From Octopus sinensis (lineage: Eukaryota), in the NCBI RefSeq assembly GCF_006345805.1, contig NC_043007.1, positions 60,078,001 through 60,142,000 of the forward strand: a DNA stretch of 64,000 nucleotides, given 5' to 3'. Each line of letters starts with the position of its first letter. Position 1 is the first letter of the stretch. The position numbers and the translations under genes are program-made. The notes under the pieces were generated by a model that had not been told where the DNA came from, made no database searches, and was given only the letters and a program-made list of their open reading frames with translations. Positions 13,701 through 25,336 of this stretch are shown piece by piece.

Positions 13701-14004
13701 TGCGTGGCTGTTGACTTCTATGACTGGGCATGATTCTTTTCTTATTGTCTCAAACAACTATTTCAAGCCTTTTATGTTTGAATAGGGCGAAAAGTTTAGT
13801 GAGAATGTTCTACCAATGTTTTTTTGTGTTGAGACAGGTATGTATGTTAACAATAACAGGGATAGTATCTACATATATTCCAGCACTGACTATATTTATG
13901 GTTTGCAATGACTAATCGTATTAACATCATGACACAATAGGTGGTAGTACCACCATATTTTGAGCTGCTACTGATCACATGTGTAACAGTTAATTATCTA
14001 TCTA

Positions 14005-14045
<41 letters not shown>

Positions 14046-14992
14046 TGGATGGATGGATGGATGGATGGATGGATGGATTGATGGGTGTGTGAGCGGATGA
14101 GTTGATGGATGGTTAGATCTGTGTATGCGTTTGGTCGTTATAAATTATTTAATGTTTAGTACCAGTAATATATTGTGATCACTTCTGTCGAGTATAAATC
14201 GATAGTCAGTAACTCGCATATGAAACGCCATAGAACGAGGGGAAACTTCCAGTGATTTGTTGCCCACCATACACTTTCAGTCCGACAGTTATTCCACTTC
14301 AAATATGTCAGTAAAACGCATATCAAAGGTTTGGATACCACAGCGCTCCCTTTGTTCTTCACTGAAATATGAGCCTTTCTTATAAATTGAAAGAAATTAA
14401 TAATCAAAGAAACGATGTTAATGTCATAGAACAGGAGGCAATTTCCCGAAGGTCAAATCAATGACGGGCTCTCGATTTCGCATCATACAGGAAATGAAAC
14501 TTCTTCATGAAACTTCTTACTTGTATAATGTTTAGACTGTTGGAAAACGCTTGAACATCACAAATTCTTATTTCCTTTATCTATGATTATCTGCGTTGCA
14601 GACTCCATTTATTGGGAGCTTATATATTGCTGCTGTTCTTCTTAGTGAAAAGAAAAGTACTTTTTTTAAAATGCATGTGTTTCTAATTATCTCAATGAAC
14701 TGGAAAAGAATTTGTCTTTAAATTAGTCTATATCGGGATTATCAAATCAGATTAGAGAAGAGATTTCATGTTTAGAATGATAATAAGTTGGAGCAAAATA
14801 GAATGTCTTCCAAAACACATAACTTTATGTATGTAACTTAAACATCTGTGAACAACCGATAGCACTGTGATATAACGAGTCTTCTTGAATTATGGAACCT
14901 AAGGACGGTTCCGAATAGCTATATGCTTCGCTGTGTTGTTTCTCTGTCATTGCCTTCCTAGTCTAAACCATAATTTGCGCATACACACACTT

Positions 14993-16239
14993 ACTGACGT
15001 GGCCGGACAAAATAGTGGAAGCATTTCTTTATATTAGTTATTTTTTTTATTGGAAATATGACATTTCAAAACTGTTCTACGCTCTATGTATATATGTATA
15101 TATGTATTACGAATGGCCTGTATTTCATGATCTAGCTCTCTGCTGCTTTACTTTTTTACGTTTTTTGACTGCTACTTATATTTAAATACCTTAAAATACG
15201 TGAGCTTACTGATTTCCAAAGAAGACTAATTGTTGGAGCGTGACTGGGTGGAGCTTCAGTCACTACACAGGTGTTTGTTATTTCGCGTGGTACAGTTTCC
15301 AAAATCCTGTTCTCATTTCAAAACCAAGAGGAAAAACAGCTTAAGCAAGCATAATTCTGGATGGAAGGCAAAGCTCTCAGAGAGGAGGAATAGAGTAATG
15401 AAGCGTATTGTATCTACGGCAGCAAAAGTGACAGCAACGCTAAACCACCATCTACCAGCCCTGTGTCAACCAAAACCACTTGTTGTGAGCTCCATAAAGA
15501 AATATATCATGGGAAGGTTGCAATTGCAGTACCTCCTCAACATTGATAAGCAGAAAAAATGGTGTCTAGACAATCAGAAGTGGCCAACGGCTCAGTGGAG
15601 CAATGGCCTCTTCTTTGATGAATCAGCATTCAATTTTATACCCCATTCCAGTGCGATTCTATGTTTGGAGACAGCTCAAAGAAACATTCAGCCCTGACTG
15701 TTTAACCCCTTATTGTGAAGCATGAGAGAGGTTCTGTGATGATTTGGCCTTCCATATCATGGAATCCTTTAACCCCTTTGTAATTATATATGACAGAGTT
15801 AACACCGTGGATTACCAGTGCATTTTGGCTGATCAAGTCTACTATAGTACATTGTTCCCTGGTGGTCACCCAATCGTCTTGGACCATAATACGCCGATTC
15901 ACACGATTAATGTTATTGAAAGTTGATGCGAAGGGCGTAAGAGAGAAGTGGACCAGCTGGATTGACCCCACAATTGCTGAATCTCAATATAATCCAACAT
16001 TTATAGTGCATTTTTGTAGAAGCAAGTGAGTAGCCGCTTCTTTCAGCTATCGTCGCTGGAAGATCTAAGACAGTTTTACTGGTAGATTGGCTCAAAATTT
16101 CCCTAACACCGTTTAAAACCTGTGCAAGTTAATTCCACGATGCATTGTAGTTGTGATTGATGCCAAATGTGGACCAAATCTATACTAAATGAGGCTTCCA
16201 TGTAACAAGGTGTTTCAATTGTTTTGTCCAACACCTATG
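14993..16239 (+). mobile_element. Degenerate Tc1-like transposon
   Basis: Degenerate TIRs (GGACAAAATAGTGGAAGCA / GGTGTTTCAATTGTTTTGTCCAACACC). Broken transposase frames RELTDFQRRLIVGA, WSNGLFFDES, VLDHNTPIH. Confidence 0.75.
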
Positions 16240-16303
<64 letters not shown>

Positions 16304-16322
16304 TAGATAGATAGATAGACAG
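16240..16322. repeat. (GATA)n microsatellite
   Basis: Directly visible. Confidence 0.95.
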
Positions 16323-16482
16323 ACAAATATGTACGCACACACACAACACACACACACACAATTCTTTTCAAAAGACCACGCCTTCACTTAATAACCAAAA
16401 ACTTTCATTTCTGGACAGTTACTCATCTCACACAAAACATACGGGCGGCGTATGCCAGAACAGTGCTCGATTAACTAAACAT

Positions 16483-16648
16483 ATATACGACAGACTTCTT
16501 TCAGTTTCTGTCTACCAAATCCACTCACAAAGCTTTGGTCGGCCCGAGGCTATAGTAGAAGACACTTGCTCAAGGTGCCATGCAGTGGGAATGAACCCGG
16601 AACTATGTGGTTGGTAAACAAGCTACTTACCACACAGCCACTCCTGCG
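16483..16648 (-). mobile_element. SINE family A, 5' half
   Basis: Reverse complement of the 8191 head. Confidence 0.8.
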
Positions 16649-16840
16649 CTTATGTTTAGTATATAAATAAAAAAAAAACATAAGCGCTTATATGTGTGTA
16701 GTGAACTATGGTAAGTGCATTTAAGTGAGTCTATTACAATACTTGAAACCAGTTTATCGATTCTAGATCAGTGAAGTTCTGTATCAACCAGTGAATTTGA
16801 AATATGAACATTAAGACTCCAATTTTAACACCCTTATCTG

Positions 16841-17063
16841 TTTCTTTATTACCCACATGGGGCTAAATATAGAGGGGACAAACAAGGACAGACAAACAAG
16901 GGACTAAGTCGATTACATCGACCCCAGTGCGTAACTGGTACTTAATTTATCGACCCCGGAAGGATGAAAGGCAAAGTCGACCTCGGCGGAATTTGAACTC
17001 AGAACGTAACGGCAGACGAAATACGGCTACACATTTCGGCCGGCGTGCTAACGGTTCTGCCAC
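16841..17063 (-). mobile_element. tRNA-derived SINE (family B)
   Basis: Reverse complement of ...GGCAGAA.CGTTAGCACGCCGG...GAGTTCAAATTCCGCCGAGGTCGACTTTGCC; many copies in the window. Confidence 0.85.
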
Positions 17064-17412
17064 CCTTATCACCTATAGAGGGAGCTCATACTCCAAGAAA
17101 GACATGCTCAAACACCCTTATACTTAATCTTCCATGTTCTTTCTTTTTTATTTGCTTCTTTCTTATTTATTAAAACGAAGTAATATGGTTTTAAGACGGT
17201 AGGGACTAGAGGGTGATTAAAGACGTTAGGGGAGCGATAAATGAATAGCTACAGAAAACGTTTCTTATTTACGATACTGTATAGAGATAATTTGAGAAGG
17301 TGACTGAGAAAATATTTCAGTATAACACACTTCATAAAACCAACCTGTTGTTGAATATTCATTCAGTAACTGATTATTTATATCGTCCCGAATTAATGAT
17401 CGACCTAATTAC

Positions 17413-17506
17413 GCAGCAGTATTTTCTCTATTGTAGTAAGCAACCCGAATCTGCACCCAGCTCTTGATTTCTCTAATTGTACTCATTTCACCCAATCGCT
17501 GGGCGG
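17413..17506 (-). CDS. Candidate internal exon of the minus-strand host gene (AQRLGEMSTIREIKSWVQIRVAYYNRENTA)
   Basis: Strong acceptor TTTTAGTTTCTTTTTTTAG, only one open frame, donor GC|GTAATT; 94 nt, phase 1 to 2. Unverified. Confidence 0.35.
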
Positions 17507-17939
17507 CTAAAAAAAGAAACTAAAAAGTGCATGAACGTCTTTCCCCTATTCGCTGAAGTCAATGAAGCTCATAGCTTATTCATGGGCACTCCTGATCATG
17601 AAAGGTCAAGCTTGTGCGTTAAGGTGTGAGATAAATGTTCATCTCTTTTTGTTGGGGGCGGAAATGTAAGTATTTATGTATGTGTACAGTGTTAATAGCA
17701 GCAGAAACATGTACTCGCATATTACTACGTGCATATAAATAACTGGGAAAACAGTGGGTGTTAATATATACAATTTGAATTTCAAGTTCACTGCAGAGTG
17801 GAGAATCAATAGAGATGTGAGCTAGAGAGGGTGCGAATAACATGTTCAGAGAAGCAGAGAAAAATAGACACAAAACAACTACAGAGTAAGTTAGTGTATA
17901 GGATGTAAGATTAGTATAGTTTACGGTAGTGGAACAGAG

Positions 17940-18130
17940 ACTGGCGAGCTGGCAGAATCGTTAGCACACTATACAAAACGCTTAGCGGCTTTTTGTTCAT
18001 CTTTACATTCTGAGTTCAAATCCTGCCACGGTCGATTTTGCTTTTCATCCTCTCAGGTTCGATACTGGGGTTTATGTAACCAACTTCCTCATCCTCTCAA
18101 AAACTGCTGGCCCTGTACCAAAATTTCAAA
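17940..18130 (+). mobile_element. SINE family B, degenerate
   Basis: GGCGAGCTGGCAGAATCGTTAGCAC head. Confidence 0.75.
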
Positions 18131-18567
18131 ACCATTTAGTTTAGGATAGCAGAATTATAAATAAATACATTTACGTAGTTTATCGCAGCAGAACTGTGAA
18201 TAAGTAAATTCATTTTCGTTACATTACATGGAAAGTTAGTGATGGAAGAGAGGAAGGCTTTAAGACTAAATACCATAGCAAATATTTTAGTTACATCACT
18301 TTAAGTTCTCAATTAAAACCCCACTTCGGAGTTTGATAAAATAGGTATCAGTAATATACCAAATGACTTTAACGAATTTCTGCAAATATATGAATGAATG
18401 CCAAAGCGAAGAATCCATATTAAGAGAAGAATCCAGATGGCAAAAATGGTACAATGAGTGTCGAAACATTTTTAGTTCCATTGTCAGTGCTCCAAATTTA
18501 AATTATATCAGGATTAATATTTTGTCCTAACAAAATCAATAAAATATCAATCATTCATGTATCATTC

Positions 18568-18768
18568 ACCACCACTTGACAACCGGTATTGATATGTTCA
18601 CGTTTACGTAACTTAGTGGTTCAGCGATAGAGTCAGATAGAATAAGTACCAGGCTTTTAAAATATAAGATTTGGGCGTCAACTTGTTCATCTAAACACGT
18701 CAAAGCAGTACTCCAGCATGGCCGTAGTTCAATGACCGAAACAAGTAGAAGATAAAAGATAAAAGATA
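18568..18768 (+). mobile_element. SINE family A, 3' half
   Basis: Matches 8400-8590. Confidence 0.75.
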
Positions 18769-18875
18769 ACCAATTGAAAGGGTCCCTTCTGTTTGCACGT
18801 GTGCATGTAGCGCACCTGAGCGTTGTAATGCACCTGAGCACTGTATACGACAATTTCATTATTATTTTTTTTTTC

Positions 18876-19186
18876 GTTCTATATTTAAGAGATGAGGAAT
18901 TATGTAGCTATTTTTTGATGGAGTTTTTCTATATGTCTCCATTGAAGTCTAATGTCGGCTCCGTACCGATTAGATAATTCAGTCCTATATTTAAGAGATG
19001 AGGAATTATATATATATATAGAACTGTATTATCTAATTGGTACAGAGCCGACATTCGACTTCAATGGAGACATATAGAGACATAATTCCTCATCTCTTAA
19101 ATATAGAACTGTATTATCTAATCGGTACGGAGCCGACATTAGACTTCACTGGAGACATATAGAGAAACTCCATAAAAAACTAGCTA
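18876..19186. repeat. Tandem-plus-inverted (fold-back) array of a ~106-bp unit pivoting on (AT)n
   Basis: CTATATTTAAGAGATGAGGAATTAT at 18879 and 18985; reverse-complement copies from 19017 and 19102. Confidence 0.85.
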
Positions 19187-19937
19187 TTATTTTTTTTTTC
19201 TGTGTGTGTATGTGACTATTCTCAGTAATTTTATATTTTATTTCTATCACGTACTCCGACACCACCAACGAGTGCAGTTACGTGGGACTGAGATATGTGC
19301 AGTGTTTTGTGATAGTTTTTGTTGCTATTATACTGAAAGTACTTAAGATAATATTTGTGAGCAGAATGTGTCATAAAAGCAAAGAACTTTTTCTGTTATG
19401 TTCTAGTTTTGGTATAAATGAGGTAGATGCAATATCCAAATGGAGTTTAATTGCTTAAAACTGCAATATTGTTAAGGTTGTTTCGGGGTGAAAGAGTTAT
19501 TAAATATACAAACATCATGAATATGTTGGGCATAGTTAAAACTTCTATACAAAGGCAGTGAGATGAGTTGGAGTGAAAAAGTACTGGTAGGAATGGTCGT
19601 CGTGGTACTAGTGATAGTGGACAGTTGCGGTACCATCGCTAATGGTCGTAATAATAGGATTCATGTTTGTGTTTTTCGTATGAATAATGAATATGGTAAA
19701 AACAAAAAAAAATGTTAACCAAATTCGTCATTTAATCAATAGCAATATTTGCCATTGTTGTTGTTGCTACTGCTGCTGGTGATAATGGTAATGAGGATGA
19801 TGACGATGACGATGATGGGGTGGGTTGTTGTTGTTGTTGCTGGTGTTACTACTGTTGATGGTGTTAGTATTGTTAATGTTATTGGCAAGAGACAGTACAG
19901 AAATTGCGTTTCAGTTGTTATGTTACTAAGGGCTCTA

Positions 19938-20395
19938 AAGCGGCGAAATGGCAGGATTATTAGCATGCCGAGTAAAATGCTTTTCGTCCGTCTTTACGTT
20001 CTGAGTTTAAATTCCGCCGAGGTCGACTTTGCCTTTCGTCCCTTTCGGAGGTCGATAAAATAAGTAACAGTTGAACACTGGGGTCGACGTAATCGACTTA
20101 TCCCCTCCCCCGAAACTGCTAGCCATGTACCAAAATTTGAAAGTATTACGTTTCTATGGGATGGTGGATTGGCAAAAACGTTAGAGAGTCAGATAAAAAA
20201 AAAAATCTTTGCAGTTTTTTTTTTTTTGCTGCTCTTTACGTTCCGAGTTCGAATCCCACCGAAATCTACATCGCTTTTCATCTCTCTAGAAACGGTAAAT
20301 TAAAGTGTTAATCAAGTTCTGGAGTTGATAGTATCGTCTATAACCTCTTCCCTTAAAACTGCTCACTGATTTTATGCCTAAATCAGAAACAGTTA
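19938..20395 (+). mobile_element. Two head-to-tail SINE family B copies
   Basis: Family B core at 19938-20146 and a more degenerate copy at about 20160-20395. Confidence 0.75.
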
Positions 20396-20439
20396 TCCAA
20401 GACACTATAAGGCTATGACTGGCAGAAACGTTAGAAATT

Positions 20440-20702
20440 CTGGAGTCGATAAAATAAAGTACCTGTCAAATTGCACTAGAGTCGATAAAATAAAGTACCA
20501 GTTTAATAGTACCAGAGTCGATAAATTAGAGTACTAGTCAAACTGTACTAGGGTTGATAAAATAAAGTACAAGTCAAATTTACTGGGGTCGATGAAATAA
20601 AGTACCAGTGAAATAGTATTGGGGTTGATAAAATAAAGTACCAGCCAAATGTTACTAGAATCGGTAAAATATAGTAGTTGTTAAATGGTACTGGGGTCGA
20701 TG
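20440..20702 (+). repeat. Minisatellite of ~36-bp units (7+ copies) derived from the SINE B core
   Basis: Repeated CT(G/A)G(G/A)GTCGATAAAATAAAGTAC.AGT...A units. Confidence 0.9.
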
Positions 20703-20734
20703 ATTCTACCAGCTCCCTGCGTTCCAACTGTAGT

Positions 20735-20930
20735 ATACTGATTCCAAATTTTGGCGCAAAAGAGAGTGTATGTCGATTGCATCGACTCCAGTGATCAGCT
20801 GTTACTTATTTTATCGACCCCCAAAAGGATGAAAGACAAAGTCGACTTCTGCGGAATTTGAACTCAGAAAGTAAAGACGGACGAAATGCCGCCAAGCATT
20901 TTGTCCGGCGTGGTAATGATTCTGCCAGCT
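20735..20930 (-). mobile_element. SINE family B
   Basis: Reverse complement of the family B core. Confidence 0.8.
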
Positions 20931-21047
20931 CCCTTCGCTGCTTTCCAATTATAGTGTATTAAGTAGTAAATTTGGTGTAGGTAAGAGGCAGATATAAAAG
21001 CAAAAAGAGTACATCAGTAATAATTAAATCAATGTAATGATTGTAAG

Positions 21048-21116
<69 letters not shown>

Positions 21117-21120
21117 CACA

Positions 21121-21756
21121 CGAGTGGGTGCCCAAAAGTAACCAGAAACGCTTTCTGTTGGACAAACCCGTTGTAGTTCAGGCTTCCACCGCTAGAAGCC
21201 ACTTGAAGCGACCCTCAGACATCAGTCTACCTTCCGGCGGTATTGGTTGGAGTCCCACTGCCACGTGATGCGTCTTCGTTTTGCAGTGCTTCGTCGACCT
21301 CCCAAACGATTGAAAACATTAAAATTCATGAACTGATCTTGAGGAACCGTCACCGAAAACTTGACGAACTTGTTGACATGCCTGGTGTGTCCTGGAGCTC
21401 CAGCCAACAAATTTTGAACGAAAAATGTACAGAGTTGCAGCAAAATTTGTATCTCGCTTGCTCATGGAAGATCAAAAGCAGTCAAAACTGAATGCGTGTC
21501 GTGATACTGACCTTTTTTCGAATGTCTTCACTGGTGCTACGGAATTTGCAGATATGGAGGAGGTGAAGAAAAAGAACGACAGAGGCGTTAAAAGGCATCA
21601 CTTCGCAAGAGTTCTAGTACTACTTCGAATAGTGGAAAAGGGGCCTGGAACGATGCATTGCTTCAAATGGAAAATACTTCGAAGGCGACAAAAATGTAAA
21701 CAAGTAAAAGTGAGTAAAATAATGCAAAATTCCGGTTTCTTTTGGGTACCCACACG
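21121..21756 (+). mobile_element. Internally deleted mariner-like element
   Basis: TIRs CGAGTGGGTGCCCAAAAGTAACC / GGTTTCTTTTGGGTACCCACACG; frame RVAAKFVSRLLMEDQKQ resembles mariner AKFVPRLLT.DQK; catalytic core missing. Confidence 0.75.
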
Positions 21757-22436
21757 TATACACACACGCGTGCGCACACAGATGCACACACAAACACAGA
21801 AGGGAGGGGGAGATATGGCGTTATGTGCAGAAATAAAGAGAAATAAAAGACAATTTTTGAAAGAGTGGGAATTGATAATTAATTAAGTTCTATTGTTCAT
21901 TATTTACCAAATTCCCTCACCGAAAAGATTTTAGTACAGAATTTCTGCTTTATTCTTTTTTTTTTTTTTACTTTTTTTGTTTTACACCGGTGTGTCTGTC
22001 TGTGTGCGTACACGCGTACATGTATATGTTTATGTACACATAGAGTGGGGAGAGAGATGCGTAAATACTTAAAAGCACATGCACGCATTCACTGAGATAT
22101 AAAAAAAGATACGTAGACAAAGAGACTGAAAGAAAGAAGAAAGAAAGATGGATGGCCAGGCGAACCAGTAGACAGACAGGCAGAGACGGATTGATAAATT
22201 CAGTGATTGATCGATTGATTAATTGATTGATTGATTGATGATTGATTGATTGATTGATATTTGTACGTGAATATATGGTTATGTGTGTGAAGCCAGAAAA
22301 GATCTTCCAGCACGTTCATCGCCTGCGTTCTATATCTTGCTTTTAGTATTGTAAACAATTATAATTTCTGATATGAGATGTTTGTGTCTTTAATGCCTTT
22401 AAGGATACTAATGGAAGTGAATACTTTACTGATACT

Positions 22437-22688
22437 ATGTATCAAAACTTTCAACTCCATCACAATCCAATTTTCGTTTTGGAATCTTTTTTATTTCTAG
22501 CAGCGTGCTAGAGTCTTCCCAAACAACACATTTCGCAACCCACCAGAAATTTAGTTTTGCTGTATGTTTGAGATTTTTTCCGATCACTCTCCGTCCCAAT
22601 TAAATCAGTATAAGTGTGAAATCTTCAGTTCTTCATGGAACGATGGAGTACTTCTGAGATAAGTTTTCCCAGTGGAAAATAACTTGTG
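22437..22688 (-). mobile_element. Fragment of the zinc-knuckle ORF1-like family (third copy)
   Basis: Reverse complement aligns by eye with 35731-35975. Confidence 0.75.
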
Positions 22689-22837
22689 AATGCAACGAAT
22701 GAAATAATTCTTTCTTGATTTAGACACATCGCCAGTAATTTTGAGGAGAGGAATAAGTTGATATCATCAACCCGCTACTTCATTAGTACTCTGTCTTATT
22801 GAGCCCAGGAGGAATGGAGACAGTATTAACTCGATTT

Positions 22838-23056
22838 AAGGCGGCGAGTTCGCAGAATCCTTAGCACATTGGACAAAATGCTTAGCAGCATTTCATCCGT
22901 CTTTACGTTCTGGTTCAAATTCCGTCGAGGTTGACTTCGCCTTTCATCCCTTTCGGGGTCGATAAATTAAGTACCAGTTGAGTACTGGGGTCGATGTAAT
23001 CGGTTTCTTCCCTCCCCCGAAATTGCTGGCCTTATGCCGAAATTCGAAATCAATAT
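22838..23056 (+). mobile_element. SINE family B
   Basis: AAGGCGGCGAGTTCGCAGAATCCTTAGCAC head and core. Confidence 0.85.
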
Positions 23057-23124
23057 TGACCTTGATTTGATTTAAAATCAGAATGTAAAATTTTGGAAGA
23101 AATACAAAGCATTTTTTCCCAACG

Positions 23125-23543
23125 CTTTATTTTTCATCTTTTACTTATTTTAGTCATCAGAATGCGACCATGCTGGGGCATCGTCTTGAAGCACTTTTAG
23201 TCGAATGAATCGACCCCAGTACCTTTTTTTAAGCCTGTACATACTTTATCGGTCTCCTTTTGCGGAATCACTAATGTTACAGGGACGTAAACAAACCAAC
23301 ACCGATTGTCAAGCTGTGGTGGGAGACAAACACACACACACACACATACATACACATAAATATATATATATATATATATATATACGATGGGCTGCTTTCA
23401 CTTTCCGTCTATCAAATCCACTCAAAAGGCTTTGGTCGGCGCGAGGCTATAGTAAAATCCACTTGCTCAAGGTGCCACGCAGAGAGACTGAACCCGGAAC
23501 TATATGGTTGGAAGCAAGTTTCTTACCACACAGCCACGCCTGC
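23125..23543 (-). mobile_element. SINE family A, full length
   Basis: Reverse complement of 8191-8590. Confidence 0.85.
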
Positions 23544-24610
23544 ACCTTTAAAGCCATAAATGAATTACTATGAATTACTATGAAACACTATAGAATCGTA
23601 ATAAGAAATCCATAGAAGTCTTGTGTAACCCATCCTGATCTAGAAACAATCCGGAAATTACTCAAGATTAAATCTGGGAACTGAGCGCTACTCACAATAC
23701 AGCGGCCACCTATATATCATAATTGAATGGTTAAGGGCATTAAAGATGGCAGATCAGTGAACGACTAATTACATCTCTGAATTTTATTTCATTTCACTTG
23801 GTTTTAGGTTGAAATCCAACCTAGCACCACTTCGTGAATCGTCATGTCAGGTTCGATCATATAGATGCCAAGAATATAGCAGAATCGACGTAAACAACAA
23901 AATTAGGGTTAGGGTTAAGGATTAGGGTTAGCTTTGAAATATGACCAGTCGCAGTTAATGCTATGCACATAAGGAACAGCTCCTTCTCTTTCTATTTCTT
24001 TATTCCAAATGTGTATAAGCATGTTTGCCATTTGTTATATTCTTTTCCATTATAAAACAGGTAAACCTTGCAAGAAATTACTTTCACTTTCTAAATTTAG
24101 TAAATCAATGTAAAAACAAAAATTCTTTTTCCCTAATTAATTTTTAATATTTAATTAAACTTCAACTTCAGCATTTAATTCCTCTTTATTTCTAGGTAGG
24201 TTTTGCTTTGACATCCAGTGTCATCTTCAGTGCAACATTTTCCAAAGAATATAATAGCCATATAAATTATTCTATATTCGATAAAACTACAGGTAGAGGA
24301 AAATAGACAAGAGTGTGTAAGTAGAGAATGAGCAATGTGAGCGTGGTGTGTGTGTGTGTGTGCGTGTGTGCGTGTGTGTGCGTGTGTACGTGTGTGTGTG
24401 TGCGTGTGTGCGTGCGTGCGTGCGTGTGTATTATAGGTGACTGAAGAATGTACAGGCTTTTATAGAGGTAAAGAGAATGCGAGTTCTCAACGAACCTGTT
24501 CCATGACCTTATTTTAAATTCTTACAGAAATAGCTTAATCTCGTTTGGTGCTTGCTGATGAAGTCCCGAGTAAAAGCAAAAGATATTTACACCTTATTAA
24601 AAACTTCAGG

Positions 24611-24644
<34 letters not shown>

Positions 24645-24647
<3 letters not shown>

Positions 24648-24944
24648 CGTGACCGACCAGGCTATCAGATGTTGCTACACATCGCTGGTCACAATTCGCT
24701 TCGCATTGTTTTAGCCTCCAAATGACGCCAACCCTCTGACTAAGCGAGCAGGCAAACAGAAGAAAGAGTGAGAGAAAGTTGTGGCGAAAGAGTACAGCAG
24801 GGATCGCCACCCCCTCCCTGCCGGAGCCTCATGGAACTATAGGTGTTATCGCTCAATAAACACTCACAACGCCCAGTCTGGGAATCGAAACCGCGATCCT
24901 ACAACCGCGAGTCCGCTGCCCTAACCACTGGGCCATTGCGCCTC

Positions 24945-24946
<2 letters not shown>
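24645..24946 (-). mobile_element. tRNA-derived SINE (family C head, alternative 3' tail)
   Basis: Head TGGAGGCGCAATGGCCCAGTGGTTAGGGC...; shares head and core with 4606-4907, then diverges. Confidence 0.85.
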
Positions 24947-25032
<86 letters not shown>

Positions 25033-25151
25033 AAATAGTAAAAAGTGAAAAAACTACAGAAGGCTTGTTTTAAAAGGTTAAAAAATATATATTTGAGTCA
25101 ATATGTCTGAAGGATGTTATAAATTTTTTTGCTACAATGACATAGTTTTTG

Positions 25152-25191
25152 AAGAAATGACCGGTTTCGCGTTCAGCTTTTCAAATTTCTT
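25152..25191 (-). ncRNA. Minimal hammerhead ribozyme-like motif with mutated core
   Basis: AAGAAAT-TTGAAAA-GC TGAAC GC-GAAACCGGTC-ATTTCTT: 7-bp stem I, palindromic ACCGGT stem III, GUC site; core TTGAAAA departs from CUGANGA at two positions. Confidence 0.55.
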
Positions 25192-25336
25192 ACATCGTTA
25201 TGTTTACGTTGAGAAGAGTTATCGTTATGTTTATGTTGAGAAGAGTTCCAGATAAGGGGAGGTAATAAGTGATTTCTTCCGGTGTAAGGGAGATAATCGC
25301 TTAAAATTTCTTGCCTTTCTTTTGGAGTGAATCTCT

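Noticed and set aside
14156-14407. 83-aa minus ORF as a host exon
   Set aside because: Has a good acceptor but no convincing donor and no recognisable motif.
20440-20702. CRISPR-like array
   Set aside because: The variable parts are only ~12 nt and mutually similar, the repeats are degenerate, the unit derives from a SINE, there are no cas genes, and the context is eukaryotic.
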